Below are positions 7,345 through 15,316 of a stretch of DNA of 38,468 nucleotides, piece by piece. Numbering within the stretch: position 1 is the stretch's first letter; each line of letters opens with the position of its first letter. Below the pieces are notes generated by a model that saw only the letters and a list, made by a program, of their open reading frames with translations, did not search any database and was not told the DNA's origin. The stretch is from the NCBI GenBank assembly GCA_004297315.1, contig SCTU01000244.1, forward strand, positions 1-38,468, given 5' to 3'. This DNA comes from Dehalococcoidia bacterium (GTDB lineage: Bacteria > Chloroflexota > Dehalococcoidia > UBA2979). The position numbers and the translations under genes were made by a program.

Positions 7345-8013
7345 TTACCGACGCAGATACCCGCGTTGCACCGCCCACGCCACCACTTCCGCGCGATTGC
7401 GGAGATGCAGCTTGCCGAAGATGTTCTTCAGGTGGAAGTTCACCGTGTTCTCGGAGATGCCAAGCCTGAGCGCGACTTCGCGGGTGCGCCCACCACGCGC
7501 GACCTCCGTGAGGACGTCTCGCTCCCGGGGCGTGAGACCAGACTCTTGGGGTGCCCCGACCGCGGCGTTCGCCCTGCCGACGTGCGTGAATTCATTGAGG
7601 AGGTTGCGCGCCAGTCGTGGCGAAATCACGGGCTCACCACGGCGCATTTGCTCCACGAACTTCTCGAATTCGTCCTCGGCAAGGTCTTTGAGCAGATAGC
7701 CCTCAGCGCCGCTCTTCACGGCCTCGAACAGGTCCCCCTCGTCGTCCGAGACAGTGAGGATCACCACACGCACCGCAGGCCATTCGGCCTTGATCGCGCG
7801 GGTCGCCTCAAGCCCGTTCATGTCGGGCATGCGGATGTCCATGAAGACGACGTCCGGGTGCAGTTGACGCACTGCCTCCACAGCGGCCGCACCATCCGCT
7901 GCCTCGCCTACGACTTCGAATTGCCACGCACGGAGCAGGGAAGCGAGCCCCGCGCGGATGAGCGCGTGGTCATCCACGAGAAGGACGCGGAGCGCATGGG
8001 GAGGCTCGGTCAT
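7345..8013 (-). CDS. NarL/FixJ (LuxR-type HTH) family response regulator
   Basis: The receiver domain shows LLVDDH...VVFMDIRMPDMNGLE...ILTVSDD. The C-terminal LuxR HTH shows LTPRERDVLTEVARGGRTREVALRLGISENTVNFHLKNIFGKL. The ATG overlaps the kinase stop (ATGA at 8010-8013). Confidence 0.9.
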   Translation of the reverse strand: MTEPPHALRVLLVDDHALIRAGLASLLRAWQFEVVGEAADGAAAVEAVRQLHPDVVFMDIRMPDMNGLEATRAIKAEWPAVRVVILTVSDDEGDLFEAVKSGAEGYLLKDLAEDEFEKFVEQMRRGEPVISPRLARNLLNEFTHVGRANAAVGAPQESGLTPRERDVLTEVARGGRTREVALRLGISENTVNFHLKNIFGKLHLRNRAEVVAWAVQRGYLRR

Positions 8014-9881
8014 CGCTCAATCGGCATCCTGACCACGACGCGGGTCCCCCGCCCGACGTGGCTCTCGATATCGAAAGTGCCTCCGGCGGCCTGTGCGCGT
8101 TCTCGCATCATCTGCAAGCCGAACCGCGGTCGCCCAGTGGCGGGCAGGGCCTCCGGATCGAAGCCAGCGCCGTCGTCGCTGACCTCGACGACCAACGTGT
8201 CGCAGTCGACCGACAGCCTCGTCTGGACAGAGGTGGCGACGGCGTGCTGCCGGACATTACTGAGCGCCTGCTGCACGATACGGATCAACTGGATCTCGCA
8301 GGTGGGAGTGCGCCGGACGCGCTCCACCTCCGGCGCTACCTCCAATACTGCATCGATGCCGAACATCTCCCGGTACGAGGTGATGTACTCCGCGAGTGCC
8401 GCCGTGAAGCCTTGTTCGCCTGGGGCCGAGCGCAGCGCAAGGATGTTGTCGCGCACATCGGCATAGAGCGAGCGGGCCGCCGCGTCGAGGTGTCGCAACT
8501 CCTCGAGCGCCGTGACCGTATTTCCGCTGTCCAGCAGTTTGCGCACCGCCAGCACCTGCGTGTTCACATAGCCCAAGATCTGCCCCATGCCATCGTGCAT
8601 CTCGCGCGAGATGCGTTCGCGCTCCTGCATGATAGAGACTTCCTGGATCTTCCGGTGCAGGTTGGCATTCTCGACGGCTGGCGCGATCTGATCGCCAATC
8701 GCATCGAGCAGGCTCAACTCGGAACGCCGCGACATCGAAGACGCCTCACTGGCCGCCAGCACCATCACACCGACGGAGCTACCGCGGAAACACAGCGGGA
8801 CCGCACAGCACACGCGATATCCCCGCGCGGTGAGGGCGTCGTTGAAGTCGGGCTCGCCAGCGACTACGCGGATCGTCTTACCCGTCACCGTCGCCCGTCC
8901 CAGGAGCCCCTTGCCATGGGGCGAGTGGGTGATATCAAGGAGAGGCTCGTTGACAGCATCGGCGCGGCAGTGCAAGACCAGTCCGTCGCCGCTCGAAAGC
9001 CAGATTTCGCCTTCGTCTGCCCTCGTGAGCTTCGTGACCGCGCTCAGCGCGCGCGCGAGCACATCGTCCAGGTCCAGGGAGGAGGAGGTGGCTGCCTGCA
9101 CGTCGAGCAGTGCCGAGAGTTCGCGGTTCTGTGCGACCGAAGCGTCATACAGCTCTGCGTTGTGGATCGCTAACCCCAGATGCTGTCCCACGCCATGAAG
9201 AAAGGCGTAGTCGTCATCATCAAATCGGTACTCACGCCGATAGGCCACGACGACGATGCCGTTCACCGCCCCAGAACACATCAGAGGGACGCTCACCCCT
9301 GACATGATGCCCTCCTTCGTGGAGATCGCGCGGACATCGGGGTCGCTGAGCACGTTGCCGAATCGGACTGGCTGGCCGCTCCGGACGACTTCGGAAGCGA
9401 TCACGTCTTCCGCGAGTTTGGCACGCTGGATGCGCTGCATGACCGCCGGGGAGAACCCGCGGGAACCGATGGCTGTGTGCTCCTCCTCGTCAGCGAACAG
9501 ACGGCAAACAAGACTCGCGTCCGCCCCGGTCGCCGCGACGATCTGATCGAGCCCGCGCCCGACCGTGGTCGCCAGGTCAAGGTTCTCGGAGGTTGCCGCT
9601 GCCAGACGGTTGAGTGCCTCGATCTGCGCTGAGCGCTTCGCTGCACGCGCCTCGAAACGGGCGATCTGGCGGAAGACCGAAAGTGCAAAAAAGCCGGCGC
9701 CCGCGGTCACGAGAAGCAAGGTCACTACAAACCCGAGCGGGCTCCGCCAGAGGCTATCCGCCGTGCTTCGCTGGGCGAACTCCAGCAACATAATGAACGC
9801 AACCGGGGCCACGATCGTCGTCCAGCGCAGGCGGCGAAGCTCCGATGCAAGCTTCTGTTGCCGAGGCAGGGTGATTTCCAT
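8010..9881 (-). CDS. Sensor histidine kinase with 2 TM segments, two GAF domains, HisKA_3 and HATPase_c
   Basis: Two N-terminal hydrophobic segments are separated by a very short loop. Two GAF-like blocks are visible (LDLATTVGRGLDQIV... and LDLDDVLARALSAV...). The H-box is REMHDGMGQILGY and the ATPase motifs are LSNVRQHA, DDGAGF and GLQMMRERA. The ATG at 9879-9881 has a GGAGGG Shine-Dalgarno. The track's longer start at 9947 is less supported. Confidence 0.85.
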   Translation of the reverse strand: MEITLPRQQKLASELRRLRWTTIVAPVAFIMLLEFAQRSTADSLWRSPLGFVVTLLLVTAGAGFFALSVFRQIARFEARAAKRSAQIEALNRLAAATSENLDLATTVGRGLDQIVAATGADASLVCRLFADEEEHTAIGSRGFSPAVMQRIQRAKLAEDVIASEVVRSGQPVRFGNVLSDPDVRAISTKEGIMSGVSVPLMCSGAVNGIVVVAYRREYRFDDDDYAFLHGVGQHLGLAIHNAELYDASVAQNRELSALLDVQAATSSSLDLDDVLARALSAVTKLTRADEGEIWLSSGDGLVLHCRADAVNEPLLDITHSPHGKGLLGRATVTGKTIRVVAGEPDFNDALTARGYRVCCAVPLCFRGSSVGVMVLAASEASSMSRRSELSLLDAIGDQIAPAVENANLHRKIQEVSIMQERERISREMHDGMGQILGYVNTQVLAVRKLLDSGNTVTALEELRHLDAAARSLYADVRDNILALRSAPGEQGFTAALAEYITSYREMFGIDAVLEVAPEVERVRRTPTCEIQLIRIVQQALSNVRQHAVATSVQTRLSVDCDTLVVEVSDDGAGFDPEALPATGRPRFGLQMMRERAQAAGGTFDIESHVGRGTRVVVRMPIER

Positions 9882-10029
9882 CGATTCCCTCCGCCCGACT
9901 CTAGCAGGGAGCCACGACCGAGGCGCTACCAGTTCTTGTGGGTTCAACTCTGTGCCCGAGCCCTAGGCTCGTCAGTATCACGACGTGGCTCCATCCGAGG
10001 CACGTGCCGCAAGGCCAGGAGAAGAACCA

Positions 10030-10260
10030 ATGCGATCAGCCGTCTTGCGGTCCGCAGCGCGGATGGCAACTGTGATTGGCGTCGCCGCTCTTGCGGCGCT
10101 CGCCCGTCCAAGTGTCGTCCTGGCCCATGACGGGGAGGATAAGTCGCTTTCGCATGTGCTCCTCGATGTGGGTGTGTGGAGCCTCGGTGCGGTCGCAGTA
10201 CTCGGACTGCTCGTCGCGGTCCTCTGGCTGAGGGCTCGGCGACGAGGACTCGACACGTGA
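10030..10260 (+). CDS. Small secreted, C-terminally anchored protein (76 aa) whose mature end is predicted to begin HDGED
   Basis: The ATG at 10030 has AGGAG 8 nt upstream. The signal-peptide-like N-terminus is MRSAVLRSAARMATVIGVAALAALARPSVVLA|HDGEDKSLSH. A C-terminal TM segment (VWSLGAVAVLGLLVAVLWL) is followed by RARRR. The stop overlaps a possible GTG start of the next gene. Confidence 0.45.
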   Translation: MRSAVLRSAARMATVIGVAALAALARPSVVLAHDGEDKSLSHVLLDVGVWSLGAVAVLGLLVAVLWLRARRRGLDT

Positions 10261-10277
10261 GCACCGGTGAGGGTCTG

Positions 10278-11705
10278 ATGGCTCCTCCCGCGCGGCAGCG
10301 ACTCCCGCTGCTCGGACGCATGTCATCCACCGCGTGGATCTTCGTTGGCCTGGTCGGCGTCACGCTGTCCGCCTGGCTCGCCCTCGCATACCTCTTCAGC
10401 GGCATGGGCGGCGGGACGAGCGTTGTGGAAACCCAACGCGTCATCAAGTCGCTGTCTAGCACGACCGCGAAGCATGGCGCGCTCGAGTTCCGGGCGGTCG
10501 CAGTGACGCCGGACTACTTCCGTGTGACCGACCGAGGTGACGAACTCTTCGCCCTAGACCCGAAGAAGAATCTCGCGACGATGGTGGATTCGCCGGAATA
10601 CTTCGACACCTTCAACAAGAGTTCGGCCGACCTCGGCGTCGACCCGGAGCGCTACCTCTCACTACTCGTCACCGTGGCCGTACACGAGGGTGATCTCCCC
10701 GCGACCGAGAGCTGGCTGGAGAGCATCGTCCTGAGGTCCGGAGACGTGGGCGTCGCGCCGCTGCCGGCGCATAAGGTTGCCTACCGCTCCGAACACCATG
10801 TGACGCTTGCCTTGCAGTTCCCTCGCAAAGACGAGAACGGTGTCGCACTGCTGAAGGAAGAAGGCCAACTGCGACTCGTCGCCCCCGGGTTCGCGCCCGA
10901 CCAAGAGCCGCTGGCGGTCTCATGGCAATTGCCGCTCGCCGACACGTCCGACGCGGGGGCGATCGGGGCCGGCGCAACGATGGGGGGCATGCTCGCCGTC
11001 TTCGCGGGCCTGCTTGTCATCTTCTCCCCTTGCGCGGTGCACATGACGGCGTACTTCCTGCCGATGATTACAGGTCTCGGCATGAAGGAGGTCCTGGACC
11101 GGACTGACGACATCCGTTTTCGAGCGCGGCTCATGTCGCTTGCGCTCGCCTTTGTGGGAGGCTTTGTCGTCCTGTACACGCTCTTCGGGGTTGCGGCCGG
11201 GTTCGCCGGCCAATTCTTCTCGGACACGGCGCGACTTGCCCCCTACGTGACGCCGCTGCGCATCTTCGCCGGCACGGTCGTGATCTTCATGGCGATGCAG
11301 ACGCTGGGCGTGTTCCGGCTGCCGTTTGTCTTGAACCTCGCGATACCGGGACGTCCGCATGCAGCAGGTGCGCGGGCTGGCTATTTCGCCGCGGTCGTGT
11401 CTGGGATGACTGTTTCGATGGGCTGCCTGACCTGTGTTGGTGGATCGCTACTCGCGGCGCTCCTCATCTACGCAGGCGCCTCGGGCTCGCCGATGACCGG
11501 TGGGCTGACGCTCTTCCTGTTCTCGTGCGGGATGAGCATCCCGTTCCTCGTTGCCGCGTTTGCCTTCCAGCGGGCGGTGCCGAAGTTCACGGGCGCGCGC
11601 CGGCTGCTGCGGTACTCCACGACCGCGGCGGCTGCACTCATGCTCGTGATGGGCTTGCTCATCATCAGCGGCAACGACTCAATTTTCGAGCGGCTCGTCC
11701 TCTAG
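10278..11705 (+). CDS. Fusion protein with an N-terminal TM, a ~200-aa extracytoplasmic domain of unknown family and a CcdA/DsbD-type (cytochrome c biogenesis) transmembrane thiol-reductant transporter
   Basis: The C-terminal half has 6 or more hydrophobic helices with the CcdA hallmarks LLVIFSPCAVHM (SPC in TM1) and SMGCLTCVGGSLL (the second Cys-containing helix). The N-terminal part has one TM (WIFVGLVGVTLSAWLALAYLF) and then a soluble domain with no motif I recognise. Alternative starts are a GTG at 10257 (GTGA overlap with the upstream stop) and an ATG at 10320. Confidence 0.7.
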   Translation: MAPPARQRLPLLGRMSSTAWIFVGLVGVTLSAWLALAYLFSGMGGGTSVVETQRVIKSLSSTTAKHGALEFRAVAVTPDYFRVTDRGDELFALDPKKNLATMVDSPEYFDTFNKSSADLGVDPERYLSLLVTVAVHEGDLPATESWLESIVLRSGDVGVAPLPAHKVAYRSEHHVTLALQFPRKDENGVALLKEEGQLRLVAPGFAPDQEPLAVSWQLPLADTSDAGAIGAGATMGGMLAVFAGLLVIFSPCAVHMTAYFLPMITGLGMKEVLDRTDDIRFRARLMSLALAFVGGFVVLYTLFGVAAGFAGQFFSDTARLAPYVTPLRIFAGTVVIFMAMQTLGVFRLPFVLNLAIPGRPHAAGARAGYFAAVVSGMTVSMGCLTCVGGSLLAALLIYAGASGSPMTGGLTLFLFSCGMSIPFLVAAFAFQRAVPKFTGARRLLRYSTTAAAALMLVMGLLIISGNDSIFERLVL

Positions 11706-11742
11706 ACGAGCGCTCGGGGGACACGGGACATACGAGACGACG

Positions 11743-11795
11743 GGACCCTGGCAGCGGCGATGAATCGAGGCGATTCATCGCCGCTGCCAGGGTCC
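11743..11795. terminator. Perfect 25-bp inverted repeat with a 3-nt loop between convergent genes (terminator-like hairpin, no U-tract)
   Basis: GGACCCTGGCAGCGGCGATGAATCG (11743-11767), AGG, CGATTCATCGCCGCTGCCAGGGTCC (11771-11795). I verified this base by base. It lies 38 nt downstream of the ccdA-fusion stop. Confidence 0.55.
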
Positions 11796-11865
11796 GCGCC
11801 AGAGATGAGGCTCTCGTGATTACGGGGTCGCAGATAGGTCTCTGAGGGAGTTGTTCCTCCTAAAG

Positions 11866-11893
11866 GCTCGCGCCAGGCGCGGCGCACCTCGTC
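11866..11893. repeat. 28-nt exact direct repeat, copy 1 (in a spacer)
   Basis: GCTCGCGCCAGGCGCGGCGCACCTCGTC is identical to 12825-12852. Confidence 0.9.
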
Positions 11894-11928
11894 CGGCTGG
11901 GAGTCGAAGTTCTCGGCGCCTGACCCAT

Positions 11929-12345
11929 CTAGAGCGCGCGCGTTTCACTGCCGGGTAGATCGGGGTGGTACGCCGGGTCAGTGCGTGGTCGATAGCGACG
12001 ATGCCACCAGCCGTATGCGACACCACCAACTGCGAGCAGGATCACGAGGACGAGTGGGAACTTGCTTCGCGACCGCTTCGGCGAGATCTGCGAAGCGAGC
12101 GAAACGGCAGAGGCGCCGTGGGCGGCACTCTTCTTTCCCTCCTCGATGGCGGGTTGAGCTTGCTCGCGTATGTCTTCGATGCCGTGCAGCACGGCCTCGG
12201 CTTGCTCGCGGAGTTCGCCGAGGCGATCTCGGGCTACGGGGAGCGCATCCCGCAAGGCCTCCCCGCCTTCGCGACCCAGATGCATCAGATGTTCGGCCTG
12301 ACCCATGGCACGTTCACGGCGGCTTCTCGATCTCAGGAGCTTCAT
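11929..12345 (-). CDS. Hypothetical tail-anchored protein (about 139 aa)
   Basis: The 3' part of track ORF 11929..12609 has a helical, charged region (GELREQAEAVLHGIEDIREQAQPAIEEGKK). This is followed by one C-terminal TM (FPLVLVILLAVGGVAYGWW). The start is uncertain (ATG at 12345 or 12306) and no family is recognised. Confidence 0.35.
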   Translation of the reverse strand: MKLLRSRSRRERAMGQAEHLMHLGREGGEALRDALPVARDRLGELREQAEAVLHGIEDIREQAQPAIEEGKKSAAHGASAVSLASQISPKRSRSKFPLVLVILLAVGGVAYGWWHRRYRPRTDPAYHPDLPGSETRAL

Positions 12346-12633
12346 CACTCTGGCTCGCTTCTCTCGGGGTGCTTTGCAACGATCGTTTAGCCCGAGATCG
12401 ACGCTACCACTCCGGAGCCGGTGAACCCGGTCGTATGGCTTACGGGCGCGCGGTGGATGTGGCGAATTCGTTGCGACAGGGCTCCACCTCTGCCCGTGCA
12501 CGGGAGGTGTCGACCGGTTGCCCCAGACATCTATTCCGCGCAAGCGGACGTGTCCGGGCCTTCGGTGAGCAGGGGCGCCCGCCTCACTCGGCCGTTTCGG
12601 GATGCTCACCGCCGAGCCTCCTGCGCAGGGCGC

Positions 12634-13635
12634 CTAACCCACCAGCTTCTTGAAGATCGCGGCGCGCTTCTTTGGGTCGCGTTCGTCCACCGAGACACCG
12701 TGGAGCGTGTAGCCAGCGTCGCGCTGCTCCTCGATCCAGTCGATGGCGCCTTCGACCGGGCCGGCGTAGCCGAGCGCGTGCACGACGTCGTCGGGGACGG
12801 CGGCGTAGGCGGCGGCGGAGCCGTGCTCGCGCCAGGCGCGGCGCACCTCGTCGGCGACCTCGCCGAGGCCGAACGAGCGGTAGGCGTTGTAGTGCAGGTC
12901 GCCCATGCGGGCCATGTAGAAGGCGTTCTGCTGGCGGATGCCGTCGTAGGCGCGCTCCGGATTGTCGGTGACCGTCGCGCCCGCCGAGGCCTTGATCTCG
13001 ATCGTCGAGGGGTCGCGCCCGGCGTCGCGGACGTATTGGTGGAACGTGCTCACCTCGTCGCGCCATTTCGAGCGCGTCGTGTGGCCGGGCAGCCAGCCGT
13101 CGGCGATCGCAGCGGTCTGCCGCACGGACTTCTCCGCGAACGAGCCGATGAAGATCGGGATGTGCTTCCTCGGTAACTCGTCCAGGTGGCGGAGCGTGAA
13201 GCCGCGGTCGAGGTTGAAGATCCTGCCGTGGTAGTGGAGCGGCTCCCCGGCGAGGAGCATGTTGATGATCTCGACGTACTCCTTAATGCGCGTCATCGGC
13301 TTGTCGAAGGGGATGCCGTGGAAGTCCTCGATCACCTGGGGCCCGGAGGTGCCGATGCCGATGATCATCCGGCCGTTGGTCAGCGCGTCGAGCGAGGAGA
13401 ACTGCTGCGCGACGAGGCCGGGGGTCCGCGAAAACACGTTGATGATCGCGGTGCCGATGCGGATGCGGTTCGTCTCGTAGCCGAGGATGGCCATCGTGGT
13501 GACCGCGTCGCGGCCCCAGGCTTCCGCGACCATCAGGTGGTCGACGCCGGAGTCGTCGGCGACCTTCGCCTGCTCGATAGCGTCGCTCATGCTGAACGCG
13601 CCCTGCCAGTTGAGCCCGATCCCGATCTTCCGCAT
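12634..13635 (-). CDS. Luciferase-like (LLM class) flavin/F420-dependent oxidoreductase
   Basis: The sequence MRKIGIGLNW...GVDHLMVAEAWGRDAVTTMAILGYETNRIRIGTAIINVFSRTPGLVAQQFSSLDALTNGRMIIGIGTSG is a typical LLM TIM-barrel N-terminal signature. The ATG at 13633-13635 was chosen. Confidence 0.8.
   Translation of the reverse strand: MRKIGIGLNWQGAFSMSDAIEQAKVADDSGVDHLMVAEAWGRDAVTTMAILGYETNRIRIGTAIINVFSRTPGLVAQQFSSLDALTNGRMIIGIGTSGPQVIEDFHGIPFDKPMTRIKEYVEIINMLLAGEPLHYHGRIFNLDRGFTLRHLDELPRKHIPIFIGSFAEKSVRQTAAIADGWLPGHTTRSKWRDEVSTFHQYVRDAGRDPSTIEIKASAGATVTDNPERAYDGIRQQNAFYMARMGDLHYNAYRSFGLGEVADEVRRAWREHGSAAAYAAVPDDVVHALGYAGPVEGAIDWIEEQRDAGYTLHGVSVDERDPKKRAAIFKKLVG
12825..12852. repeat. 28-nt exact direct repeat, copy 2 (inside the LLM oxidoreductase gene, encoding DEVRRAWRE on the minus strand)
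   Basis: GCTCGCGCCAGGCGCGGCGCACCTCGTC is identical to 11866-11893. Confidence 0.9.
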
Positions 13636-13810
13636 CGCCGTCACCCTCCCCACCGCAGCCACCGAACGTGGGGTGGCGTGCCGCGCATGCTAGCGGACAG
13701 GCACACGAATCCGCGCGCCGGTCCCCCGGAGGAGGAGTCGGACCGCCGGCGGTAAACGAAGGGCGCCGCGCTCACGCGCGACGCTCTCGTTGGCTGGCGG
13801 CGAGAGGTCG

Positions 13811-15049
13811 CTAGTAGGCGGCCTCGAGCGTCGCGATGGCTTCCTTGGTCTGGCGCTCCTCGTCCCGGAGGCCGGCGTTGGAGTTGAAGACCTTCACGGT
13901 GTCCTTGGCGATCGCCGGGATGTCCTCCTTGGACACGTTCAACTCGCGGATGCGGGTGGGCATGTCGTGCTGCTTGTAGATGTGCTCGATCTCATTGGCA
14001 ATGGCCTGCTGCGTCTCCTCGGGCGTCTTGCCGGGCTTGAGGCTCAGCGCCTCGGCGATCTGCTTCAGCGCCTCGGCCGATGGCGTCTTCGAGCGGCGGA
14101 TGACCGTCGGCCGCAGCGCCGAGCCGGCGTCCTGTTGCCAGATGTGCGCGTAGCGGATGTGCAGCGCCGTGGCCAGGCCGTAGTCGTTGTCGAAGATCTC
14201 GCCGACGCGCATGTGCGCGCCGCGCTGCGAGTCGTCCGCGGAGCGGTTGCCGAGGAACGCCGCGGAGAAGAGGTCGAGCCGCCAGTCGATGGTGTCCGGG
14301 CTCTCCAGCATGCGGTGGTACGCGCGCTTGTGGAGCAGGTTGATCTGGTTGTGGTCGGCTTCCTCGACCGGGTTCATCGCGCCTCGGGCGGCGCCCAGTG
14401 CGGCGCTGATGTACCCGTTCACGCAGAACGCGCGCATCATCGAGAACGGCGTCGCCATGATCGCCTCGTGGTCCCAGATCAGCGACATCGGCCGGGTCTT
14501 CGGGTCGAAATACTCCAGCCGCGTCTGGTCGGGGAGGTGCGGGCTCGCGACACCCTGGCCTGCGCGGTTCATGGCTCCCGTGGGCGTGGTGACGATGTTG
14601 ATCGTCGGCAGCTTCGGGGCGTTGAGCCGCGGGCTAAACGCGGGCTTGCCCTCGGGGTACTGCGTCGCCAGCGCCGCGTGGTCACCGGTCTCACAGAGGT
14701 AGATGTTGATCACGCGCACCGCGACCACGATCGTGCCGGCGCCGAGCGAGATCAGCAGGTCAGCGCCGGCCTTGCGGGCGGCCTCGGTCGCCTTCACGAC
14801 GTCCTCGTACGGCGCCTCCATCGGGATCTGGTCGAAGTAGCCGGCGTACAGCGGGCCGAGCGCCTTCTCAATGCGCTCGACGCTGTTGGTCTTGCTCTTG
14901 ATCGACGGCGAGCAGAAGACGAACGCGCGCTTCGCCCCAGCCCGGATCACCTCTTCCTTGAGGCGGTTCTCAATCGCTTCCGAGCCGACGTGGAGCCGGC
15001 AGTCGTAGGTCCGCGAGGACCACTCGTAGAAGTTCGAGAAGTCAGGCAT
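13811..15049 (-). CDS. Iron-containing alcohol dehydrogenase-fold protein (divergent motifs)
   Basis: The layout matches the Fe-ADH family: KRAFVFCSP..., AGADLLISLGAGTIVVAVRV (GGGS-loop position) and PTINIVTTPTGAMNRAG (PTTaGTGSE position). The expected metal-ligand block reads VNGYISAALGA instead of G.DAL.HA.E. Confidence 0.55.
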   Translation of the reverse strand: MPDFSNFYEWSSRTYDCRLHVGSEAIENRLKEEVIRAGAKRAFVFCSPSIKSKTNSVERIEKALGPLYAGYFDQIPMEAPYEDVVKATEAARKAGADLLISLGAGTIVVAVRVINIYLCETGDHAALATQYPEGKPAFSPRLNAPKLPTINIVTTPTGAMNRAGQGVASPHLPDQTRLEYFDPKTRPMSLIWDHEAIMATPFSMMRAFCVNGYISAALGAARGAMNPVEEADHNQINLLHKRAYHRMLESPDTIDWRLDLFSAAFLGNRSADDSQRGAHMRVGEIFDNDYGLATALHIRYAHIWQQDAGSALRPTVIRRSKTPSAEALKQIAEALSLKPGKTPEETQQAIANEIEHIYKQHDMPTRIRELNVSKEDIPAIAKDTVKVFNSNAGLRDEERQTKEAIATLEAAY

Positions 15050-15262
15050 CTCATCTCTTTCTGCAGGAGGGCCGTTCCTGGTTGGCCCTCAGTCACCGCC
15101 GGGAGGATAGAACAATCGTGATGGCGTGTGCGGCCGAGAACGAGGTAATCCGGCCGAAATCTGCCTTTCGACGCCCGATCCCGGCTCACGGCGAGGATGC
15201 GAAGCCTCGGCGGTACCGCTCGGAACACTGACAACGGTGTCCCACGATCATCTGCACACAGC

Positions 15263-15287
15263 GAGGGGAGCCCGATGGGCTCCCCTC
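15263..15287 (-). terminator. Perfect 11-bp stem with a 3-nt loop downstream of the small-protein operon
   Basis: GAGGGGAGCCC GAT GGGCTCCCCTC lies 30 nt past the stop of 15317..15553 on the minus strand. There is no clear U-tract. Confidence 0.45.
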
Positions 15288-15316
15288 TCAGCCGAAATCG
15301 GCTGTCGTCGGCGGGA

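Noticed and set aside
7366-8466. A 366-aa plus-strand ORF lies antisense to the response regulator and kinase genes.
   Set aside because: It is a shadow ORF. The opposite strand carries unmistakable REC/HTH and HATPase motifs.
13790-15121. A 443-aa plus-strand ORF lies antisense to the Fe-ADH-like gene.
   Set aside because: The product is low-complexity and rich in Arg, Val and Gly. The minus-strand product has family-like block structure.
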